Assembly: GCA_016748015.1 (NCBI GenBank)
Contig: JAAOMT010000301.1
Coordinates: 268,073-332,072 of the forward strand
Reading direction: 5' to 3'
From: Geosiphon pyriformis uo1
Taxonomy: Eukaryota; Fungi; Glomeromycota
Length of the DNA: 64,000 nt
Part shown: one piece after another, positions 38,844 to 49,293 of the stretch
How positions within the stretch are numbered: the stretch's first letter is position 1
How the letters are laid out: every line of letters starts with the position of its first letter
Made by a program: the position numbers and the translations under genes
The notes under the pieces: generated by a model
What the model was told of the DNA's origin: nothing
What the model saw: only the letters and a program-made list of their open reading frames with translations
Database searches by the model: none

Positions 38844-41800
38844 GCAGTTTAGTTTGGAAAGTTGCTACGTGCAATGTCAGGGGCATGAACAATCCCGTTA
38901 AGCAAGAAGACATTATTAGGTGACATAAAGAAATGAACAATTTAGTCTCTATCATTACTGAAACGAAATTAAAGAGTAGGGTTCGTCCGTAGATTGCAGA
39001 CAAGTTTGATGGTATCCAAGTGTTTTTTTCTGGTTTGGACTCTGGTCACTTGGGTGCGAGTATTGCTGTTATCATGAACATTTCTTTGGCTTGTCATGTG
39101 TGCAAGGTTTTTGAGGTGCCTGGTCGGCTTCTTTCCATTAAATTACTTTTTAAGGGTAAACTTTCTGTGTTAATTTTGGGGCTTTATGCTGGTGCTTCTT
39201 CGGTGGTTTGGTTTTCTTAAGCTGGTGAAATCAATTCTCTTATTGCAAAGACTGTTAACAAATCTTCTTTCATCATTCTCGGTGGCAATTTTAATGAAGA
39301 CGGCTCTCATAAAAGTGCAAGTTTCAAAAGATGCTTTGATTTGGGTCTGGTCAATTCTTTAGTTGATAGCCTGGCTGCAAAAATGCCCACTTGGGAAAAT
39401 TCTAGGGGTGTTAAGAAAACAATTGATTATGTGTTTGTCTCTTCAAGTCTTGTCAATGCGATAGTGCGTCGTGAAGTTTTGAATGTCAGTGAGCATTTTG
39501 ACATGGACTATCAAGCTGTTTCAGTGGATTTGGGTCTGAGCGGACTCTTGGATATGCGTTTGAATTCTCTTCACAAGCAAGCGAATAAAGATCATTGGAA
39601 GTTTGACGTCAAAAGTGCCAATGAAGCTAAATGGTTGGAGTTCAGGGATGCCTCAGTTGCTAATGTCTCTATGTTCTCGGATGCTTTCAGTGTGGCAGTA
39701 AAATTTTCAGATATGGACGCTATGTGGGACATTGTTCGCAAGATTATGGTTCTTTCAGTGGGTAGTACATTTAAGAAAAATTGGTCAAAGGTTTTAATGG
39801 CATGTTCACCAAGACTTCTTCTAGGTTTCACAAGCTGGAGCTGCTGGTTTCTAAGTTGGTCAAAGCTTCGCGTTTGGCTTCTAGTAATGGTTTTGCTTCT
39901 TTGTTGGAGGTGTAGCACAAACTCGACTCCTCTGGTGCATCAGTGGTTAAGTCTCTGTTTCTTTCAGGTTCTAATTTTGATCTTATTCATTCTGTGCTGG
40001 CCAAAGCAAGAAAATCATACTGCTCCTTCAAATTAGTGGAATCCAAGTGCGCTGAGGAATTCTCGATCAAGCAAGCTATTGGTAAGAGAATGGAGAGTTT
40101 TGAGCTGAACAAGGGTCACACCATTAGGAGTGTTTTGGAGTGTCCTTTTCGCATGGTGGTCCTGGATCATTTGGTTGTAGAAGATGAGTTGATTTTAGAG
40201 CCTGATTTGGTTAAGTCTAAGATGAACAAAATTATGGAGGGATGGACCAGAAAATGTGAGGTGGTGTCTGACTTATCTGAGGATTGGGCTTGTCAATATT
40301 AGCCTCTGGATTACGTATTCGATGGTGCTTTCTCTGATGTCATGTGTTCGATTAGTTTTGATGAGTTGTCAGCTGTTGTTAAGGATTTTCCTAATAGAAA
40401 AGTGGCTGGTCTTTCTGGTATTTCCAATGAATTATAGAAACATTGTGACAAATCTGTTTTGGATATGCTTTTGGTGCTCTTAAATTTCTGTTTGGTTGGC
40501 AAGTCGGTCCCTGGGCTTTGGAGAGAAGCTTGGGTTTCGATGATTCCTAAACTATATGAATGGGAGGGAGTTCTCATGAACACCCATCCTATAGCTTTAA
40601 TTGAAACGGCCTGCAAGATTCTCTCCAAGATCCTTTCGGATAGGATCTCTCTGGCTTGCAGCACTTTTGATGTTCTTTGTGAGGACAATTTTTTGGTTTT
40701 GAAAGGTACGACAACTCAATCTCCCATTTTTGCTATCAGTTCTGTGGTTGAGGATGCCTTGGAAAAGAACCGTGAACTTTGGCTGGTTTTACAGGACATG
40801 CGCAAGGCTTATGACTCAGTTGGTTGGGAACATCTTAGGAGAAGTCTAATCAGGATCAAAATGTGTGACAGGTTTATTAAATTTTTTGGCAGTATTCACA
40901 ATGGTCGCGTCAACAAAGTGATGACCGACTTTGGCTTGACTGATGGGTATTGTGTCCACAATAGACTGGATCAAGGGGAAGTTTTCTTGCCTCTTCTCTG
41001 GCGTATTTTTTATGATTCACTTTTGTGTGAGGTCAAGAGACAGGATAGTGTGTATGGCTACAGGTTGAATTCTTATTTCATATCAAGAACTGGCCAGGTG
41101 GATTCTCAAGCTGGGCTGTCTTCGTTTCTTACTGCCGGCACTTTTGTCGATGATATCTGGGTTGGTAGCAGTCAGGCTGCTACACAACGCATCCTGGATG
41201 TTGTTAGTGAGTTTTTTAGGTTTAACAATATTTTTGTAAACAATGACAAAACGGTGGCCATCCCCATCAATTGCTGGGTGCTGGATCCTTATTTGACTAT
41301 CAGTGGTGCACCTATTTCCATTGCCAAGAGAGGGGAATCTCATCGCTATTTGGGTATTTTTTTGTCTTCTGAGAGTCTTTCGAAGCCCAGCTTGGCTAAG
41401 GCCCAGGCTGATGTACGGTTTTTTGTGAATCTTGTTTTAAGAAAGGCAATTTTGAACAAACAGTGTGCATATTTGGTGTCTGCAGTTCTTTTCCCTATCA
41501 TTAACTACAGAACTCAGTTCAGTTTCGTTTCTGTTGGTGTTTGTAGTAAATGGGATACTCTGGTTCACAAAGTCTTAAAGTCCAAGTCTGGGTTGCCACA
41601 TAATTTCCCCAGTGACACACTTCATCACCCCTCTTTGTACAATTTAAAAACTTTCGAACAGATACAGGCTGAGAGTAAATCGGCCTCTGTTGTTGCTTTT
41701 GCGAATTCTACTAGTGTCTTGGGTCGCTTGTTTTCTCATAGGTCTCATGACCTCCAGGTTCTCAGCTGGTGTTCTCGTCATCCTTTACTGTTTTCGGTTC

Positions 41801-43524
41801 GTGTTGGTATCAGTCTCTCAGATAATTTTTTGGCAAATGTGGTTCGCATTTTTTCTGGGTGTGATTTGTCTTTAGGAGGCCCTCTGGATTGTGCTTTTCA
41901 TCGTCGGTATGGTACTCCTATGTCTTTGGTTCTTGGTGAATCCTGTTTTTTCAAGTGCATCTCTTCGCTCAGGCATTATGGAATTGCTTTCGTAGAACAG
42001 CTTTGTGACCGTAATGGTGATGTTTTCAGTTAGGGTACCTTCAAGCGCTGGAAAAGGCTAGACCCTCGTGGCCCAGTCCCTTTCTGGTTTGATCTTTCCA
42101 TTTACTTTCTTGGTGGTGTTGTTCCTCTCTTCTTAAGTTCTTCTTTGGTAGATGGTTAAGCTGTGTCTGATATTCGTCTTTCTCATAATTTTGGTGTGAT
42201 TCGTGACAATTTACCAACCATTGATGCTGCCCGCCTTTCTGTGTATACAGATGGGTCTCTTTCTGGTCTGGACACTGCTGACATGAGAGCAGGTGCTGCC
42301 GCTTTTTTTGAGAACATTAACTTGGGTTTGGGTGTTGGGGTGTCTGGTTTGGTTTCTTCTATTCTGACAGAACTGCAGGCCATAGCTTTGGCCCTTGAGT
42401 GTGTTCCTTTTTCTCGTTCGATTGACTTGTTCTTGGATAGCCAGGCTGCTTTAGATGCATGTAGGTCGGAGTCTTCGCTAGTTTGTCTGGATTTCAGGAA
42501 CCGCTGTTGGATCGAGCGTCATCACATTGTCACCATCATTCATCAAAAGAATTTGGATGTGAATTGGGTTAAGGTGAAAGGTCATTCAGGTGTCTCAGGC
42601 AATGAGCATGCTGATGCGCTTGCCAAGGGTACTGCTCTCTCTGCTTGGCGCCTACCTCATTTAGTCAGTGAACGTTTTCTATGTGCTGGTGGCATGGCGG
42701 TTTCTGGTAATTCTAGACACTTTGTTCGTGATGTTTTTCGGTCATTTTACCGAGCTCGTTGGGAGATTGGAGTGGGTTCTCGTGTTGTGGATGATAGTTT
42801 GCATGCTGATATCAATTGGTCTATGTCTTCTATGGTGTGGCACCCCGATTCTCACTTGGCATCTGGTTTTACCAGCATGCGCACGGCAGGATGTCATACT
42901 TACTTTATAAAGGCTTTCCATCATCAGCTTCCTGTTGCTGTGCACAAGCGTTTATATGACAAGAGTTACCCCAGTGTGGTCTGTCTGTTTTGTGATGATG
43001 TTGAGACCTCGGATCATGTCTTTTTGTGTCCTTAGGATGCTGTTGGCCATGCTCGTTTGTTGGGCGCACATGCTTTAACTTGGGAGGCTCTTTCTGGCCT
43101 TTCTCGCTCTTCTTCATGTGTCTTACAGGCCTTAGCTTTTTGTGTTTCTGAGGTTGGAGTTAGTGTTGCTCTGTGTAAGGGTTTTGTTTTCGATGAATGG
43201 TTTCGTGAGTCTATCTCGGTCTTTAAAGATTCTAGGGAGGGTGCTAAGAGGATTGTGAGCTTTGTGCGTGAGTTTTATTTAGCATTTTGGGATGATGTTT
43301 GGTTGGTCCGGGCCAGACACCGAGCGTTTATGGAGAGACATGGTTTGATTCCACGTGATGGCTCCACTCCTGCTTCGGTTTCTGGTTTGCCTAAGGTGTT
43401 TTCGGCTGGTGTGGTCAGATTGCTGGAGGTGGCTGAGGCATTTGGTGTTGGTTTTGGGTTTCGTAAGTTTTGTCCATTTTTTTCAGGTATTGGAGATTTG
43501 GTTTCTGTACATATAAGTGTATAG
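38840..43524 (+). pseudogene. LINE copy 2 ORF2 (EN, RT, RNase H, ZnF)
   Basis: WKVATCNVRGMN, KTIDY; PIALIET, LQDMRKAYDSVGW, FVDD, YLG; VYTDGS, ELQAI, DSQAAL, WVKVKGHSGVSGNEHAD; CLFCDDVETSDHVFLC. Confidence 0.93.
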
Positions 43525-43640
43525 TGTAGTCTTGACTGGCCCGAGTGGCTGGTCACATGTAGAAAGCACATGATTTGCACCTAGTTTAGATCATTTGTAT
43601 GATGTATAGCACTAGGTTGCATTTGGACCTCACTCGTTAA
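43525..43640 (+). other. Conserved structured 3' UTR of the LINEs and ORF1-only elements (other copies at about 1927-2043 +, 35927-36045 +, 44131-44247 -, 53979-54095 +)
   Basis: Stems tgactggcc/ggctggtca, ca(c/t)gtgt/gcgcatg, cctagt/actagg and gtcc/ggac; terminal ctcactcgttaa followed by poly-A. Confidence 0.7.
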
Positions 43641-43666
43641 AATATAAAAAAAAAAAATATAATAGT

Positions 43667-43700
<34 letters not shown>

Positions 43701-44117
43701 TTTAATATTTAACAATTAAAACAATTAGCTTAATTAAAATTTTAATTACTTAATAGCTTATAACTTTAATTACAAATTTATTATCTAAAAATAAATTTTT
43801 TAATTAAAAAATAAGTATTAAAATTATAATATCTAATATTTTTTGGTAATAAATATAAATATAAAATTAACTTATTAATAATTAAATATTTATTAAAAAG
43901 ATAAAAAACATTAAAATAAATTAATTTATGTTAAAAAAATAAAATATTAAATATTAAAAGTTATTAATATTAAATATTTGTTTTTTATACAAAGAATTTA
44001 ATTACAAAAATTTTTAAAATTTTTAAATTTATTAAAATTTTTAGATTATATTAAAAAATTACAATATTAAATTATAAAACATAACTTAATATATTTACTT
44101 ATAATATTTAATATATA

Positions 44118-46420
44118 TTTTTTTTATTTGCTTAACGAATGCAGCTCAAAAACAATCTAGTACTATACACCAAAAAAATGATTTAAACTAGATGTTAATT
44201 ATGCACTTTTTACACATGACTAGTCACTCAGACCAATTAAGGATACACTACACTGAAACAATAGAAGGTAGAAACAATTTCAATTCATGAATTTTTTCAA
44301 TAATACCATTCAGATTCCTAGAATCAAAAATAAACTCACTAAGAAATAATCTAGTAAATTCAACACTATTCCTAACCTTAGCACCTGACATCCACCACAA
44401 AGCTATAACATGCTTAACAGTGTTCTTACTTAAGAGAGAAGATTTGGCAGCCTGTATATCATCATAATTCATGCCACTAAAGTCAACTTCAGATCTAAGA
44501 CAAGCAATATTTTTAAATATACCAACCAAAAAATTGGCAAAATTGTTAAAAGCATATTTCATAAAAAGGAGATCTTTCTCTAACTGAACAGTTTTAACAG
44601 CATTATCATCAAGGAGATGAGATACCAAGGCAACCAAAGAGCCAACAGGCTCAACAATAGACTTTACTAAAACAGCCAAATCCAAAATTTGCTTTTCCAA
44701 AAAGTCTAATCTGGACTTAACAGCAGGATCAACAACAGCCACAAAAAGGGTGGAAGCCACCAAAGGAGAAAATCCAGACATAACAGGAGAAGCAGATGCC
44801 TTAGCATAAGACAAAGAACCAACAAAACGTGGTTTGAACACCTTGAGAGCCTTAGGAGAGGGAGGTGGAGAAACTTTGCAGTCAACAGCCAAATGGCCCA
44901 CTTCTTAACACCTAAAGCATCGCCGACAACCAAGGATTTCCCACCAAATACAGCATTTTCTTAGAGTACCAGTTTTGACAACTGCAGAGTCCAAATCAAC
45001 TTGGGAACCAAACATAACCAGAGCAAACTAGGAATGACGACCAGAATTAGGTGAACAAGAAATAAAACATGTTTGGCCACCAACTTGGGAGATTATATCA
45101 CTAATTTCAAAGGCAGTACAACCAGAAGGGAGATTGACCAACTTGGTCTTAAACTTATCATGAGACAAAATAGTCTCATTTTAATTCACCAGAGGGAGGA
45201 TTTTAACACTATTCCTGCCCACCAAAATTGACCAATGATCCAAAGCAGACACAGCAGAGTCTAATTTTTCAAAATAAACCACCACATACTGCCAAACGCC
45301 AGCAGGCTTCAGCACAACACAAATAATACTACCAAACACACTGAAAGCTGTTTTAATGTCAGCAGCAGACACACCCAAGAGCACATCACATAGCATAACA
45401 GTAGCAGAAGGGGAACCAGACTCAGAAACCACCAAAAATTTGGCAATTTTGAGAGTGGCCAAATGTACAGAGCTTGCAAGCTCAACCAAAAATGCAGCTT
45501 TTAAAGAAACTTAAGAAGCAAACTCTACACAGAACAGTTTCACATTGTCTTTTGATACTGACTTTGCACCCAAGAAACCATGTACTAACTGAAAAACAGT
45601 CTTAACATGAGCCAATTTGATCTTAAAAATAGCACCAAGCACCAGAGTGGAGGGCACCCACCCAGCAAACCTTTGATAATTAGTAATAGTTTCCCAAGCA
45701 CCACCAGAAATAGCACCAAAAACTAGAAGAGAAGATGATTCAGTTTCTATTTGATTAGTTCAGTTCTCAAAAATAGGTGATCCAATAGGAAGAAATTGCT
45801 TTGATTCTAAAACCGGTGATGATTTACTAAAAGACACTACATTTGGCAGCACAGCCAGTGGTTAATCTTGGCCCATCTTGGACGACATGCCAGATGATGC
45901 TATAGAGATCTCATCTAAAATTTTAATGGGAACCACAAAGGGGTTCGGTGTAACAATAACAGAGACAAACAACTGCCCTCACTTTTCTGAACTTTTGGTT
46001 TTTTTGACCATTTTTCTTGAAGAGGTGGTGCTAGAAGCACCAGATGTTGAATCTATAGAGGGGAAGACCAACTTATTTACTGGTCTATTATTAAAAACTT
46101 TTGGGCTCTTAGTCGGGGTGGAGGCAACATTGGGACTAACCCAAGTGTGTCTCTTTGAGGGAACTTTGACTGGTAAGAAACCAGCCAAAAATGAGGAAGT
46201 TGCTTTAGTGACTACCAAAGACAGCTTATCACGAATACTGGGTAAGAGAAAGGCTTTTAAAATGTTCTGTCTAGTTGCTTCTACAACAGAGAGAGCTTCT
46301 CTGGTTGAAATTTTATTAGATATCTCAGAACAGATATCAAATGCAGCTTTTTTACTCTTTGCTCTGGTCATAGTCATAAAATTTAAGAAGACAAAAAGTT
46401 TTTACAATGTGGTTTTAGTT
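44118..46420 (-). mobile_element. Full-length ORF1-only non-autonomous retroelement (HAL1-like), copy b
   Basis: One approximately 2.1-kb reading frame 46377->44248 with stops (fragments 45979..46377, 45181..45489, 44248..44901), immediately followed by the LINE-type tail and poly-A (poly-T 44118-44125 on +). Confidence 0.85.
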
Positions 46421-47499
46421 TATATTTTATAAAATATACAAATATAAATTATTAAATATTCATAAAATTTTTATATAAATATTATTAAAAATATTTAAAA
46501 TTATTACATAACTGTTTTTTAGTTAAAATAATATTCAATTTTTATATTAATAAATAAATTTAATATACTATAAAACTTAAAAAAGACTTAAAATTAACAA
46601 AAACAAAATTTTTTAAAAAATTTTATTAATATATTAACTATATTTAATTACATAATTTTGTGTTAATAATTGTAAAAATTTATTAAAAAATAAAAAATTA
46701 TATATAAAAAACTTATTATTAATACTTAAAGAATTAAAAAATAAAATTTAATAATAAATATAAGTAGTTATATTAAAGAAAATTACTTTATTAATTTAAA
46801 AAAAACAGTAAATTATTTTATCAAAAAAATTATTATGTTATTATATTTTAAAAAATACAATACAAATTTTATTAAAAACTATGTTATATATTTATTACAA
46901 AATTAAAGAATTTATATTTTTTATTTAAAATAAATATATACTTAGAAAATACAGAACTTATTTTAAATAATTTAGATTACAATTATTATACTTTTATTTT
47001 TATAATTATTACTATTAATATTATTATTAATAAATTTTAAATTCATTAATAACTAGAAAAATAATTAATTAAAAAAACCAAAGATTAAAAAAACTTAATT
47101 TTAAATTCAACAGTTATTTATATTTTAAAATTAATTTTATTGTTTTAAATTTTATTATATTAATATTAAAAAATTTATTCTTAACTATATTAATAATTTT
47201 AATATTAACAACTTATATATTTATTATTAAGTTAAAATAACTTATTAATAATAAAAACAATACTTAAATATAACTTAATAATATTAGAAAATAATTATTA
47301 TTAATAATTAAAATAATATTAAATTAATACAAATTATATATTTTTTCTAAAATATAACAAATAACTTTTTTTTCTTCTTCGTCCAAAATTCCCAAAAAAA
47401 AGTCAAAAGTTTTTTTGAAAGAAGTTTTTTACCATTCAGTACAATAAATCAAAACCGTTTTTTGATTACGAGGCCACTGTTGGCTCTGTTATTGCTGTT

Positions 47500-49293
47500 A
47501 TGAAAAAAACTGCTAAAGTTTCTGGTTCTGAGAATGGTTTTAAAGCGGTTGCATCAAAGAAAAAGAGGAAGGGAGGTGTGTTGGCAGAGGGTGTTGATAA
47601 TGGAAGGGTTGCTACTGAAGTTCCTGGTGTTTGTTCATAGGGTTCGGAGACTGGGAACACTACTGAGTCTGAAAGTGTTGATATGGAAGAGGAGTGTCTG
47701 GTGGAGGAAACCAGCTTTGATTATGGTGAAGGTGGAGCTCTGGCTGGTGGAGATTATGATCAGACACCTACGAGTTCGAAGGTTAAAACCAAAAAGGCAT
47801 TGGGCAAGCCATTGGGGAAAATTGACTTTTCAAAAGATGGTAGTGATGATGGTGTTCTCTCGGATGCTCCTCTTGAGCTCCCTCCTTCTGTGAGAAATTT
47901 GGTCAATGTTTCAGTCAAGAAATCATTCGCATTGGATATTGGCTTGGATAAAGTGACTGGCAAATCTTTTCAGGAAAAACTTGTGATGGTAAGGAAGTTG
48001 TTTTCTGGAATCAATGGTTTTGGGGGGGCATCTACCCCCTCAAAATTCTCAGGGATTATCAGGGTGACGTTTACTTCCAAATTGAGTCTAATGAAAGCTA
48101 CTAATAAAGCTGTGAATGCGAAGATCTTAGTAAACGCCAATCTCAAAAAAGCATCTAGGTGATCAGATCGGGCTGTGGTCGTGAAAGAAATTCCGGTTGG
48201 AACATCGTCTGAAGCTGTGCATGCTGTGCTATCTGAGTTTGGAGTTATTAGAACAATCAAGATGCAGTTAATCGGGCTGTGGCAGAAGGCGGTGGTGGAA
48301 TTCGAATGATCGGATCAGGCTGATTTGGCTGCAGCTGAGTGGTCTATCTTAATCGGGAAAGATGCTGTGCATGTGGCTAGGGCTGATTCAGACAAAGAAG
48401 CGTGGGATGTTAGGAACCAACATAGGGCGCTGCTCTATATGTTGCCGATGGGAACCAATGCTCATGATATCTGGGACTTTGTTAGATCTGTGGGTGGGAA
48501 AACGTGCGTCATTGATTGTCATTCTGTTACATATGCTCGGGTCAGGTGTGCTTTTGTTTGTTTTGACTCTGCTGAATCATTGGATGCTGCTGTGGGAACC
48601 ACGCCAGTACTCAGGAACACCAATCTCTGCTGGTCTTGCTTTATTTCTGCTAAATGTGCCAAGTGTGAGAAATTGGGTCACACGTCATTGGATTGTGCAG
48701 TTGGTGGGAAATTGTCTTTTAGTAGTTCACTGCGTAGGGTTTTCTCAGATACAGATAAAAGCAGGCTGGCAACCATCTATGCCAAACGCTCGGCTCCGGT
48801 TGCCCGTCCAGTTTCTTTTGGTGGTCTTTCTTGGGCAAAGGTTGCTCACGGGTCTTTTTTGCTCCCCCTCTCTGGTCAGAATGTTGTGGTAACAAATGGC
48901 TCCTCTTCAGAGATGAAGCCATCCCAACCGGTTACGATGGAAGTCAATGATAGGTTCGCCGCTCTTGAGCGCAGTCTTGCCAGCCTCGCAGAGCAAGTTA
49001 GTAAGCTGGCTAAGAGGTTGGATGCACTCGGGCCAACGGTTTCCCAGCCTAGCCTTGGATGTCAGCCGTTGGTGACCCCTTCATCACAGGATCAAGGGGC
49101 AGATGTAGTGATAAGTGAGGGTTCGAGTGTGTTCACTAGTGGTGGGAATGTCACGGGAGCGGTGTCTTTTGATATGTTTTCAGTGTCTAAGCTGGAAGAC
49201 AGCATGAAGTGTCTAATAGAAACGGTTCTGGGTCTTTCAGCCAAAGTGGACAGTTTAGGTGCGCTTTTGGTATCTCTACCTCTTACTCAATAA
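47500..49293 (+). pseudogene. LINE copy 3 ORF1
   Basis: Fragments 47683..48162 and 48325..49293; CAKCEKLGHTSLDC. Confidence 0.9.

Larger units (their letters stand above)
36914..43657 (+). mobile_element. Full-length LINE copy 2 with RNase H, inactivated; possible TSD atataatag..ataataa
   Basis: Near-identical to copy 3 from 5' end to tail; poly-A 43646-43657; tataatag on both flanks. Confidence 0.95.
36665..47360 (+). mobile_element. Hypermutated Ty3/gypsy relic 2 (LTR about 36665-44106 split by LINE copy 2; gag about 46430-47360), nested in relic 1 gag
   Basis: 43850-44110 aligns with 28920-29157; 46430-47200 aligns with 29225-29310 plus 36060-36664; LTR end ttacttataata at 44095-44106. 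Confidence 0.7.
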
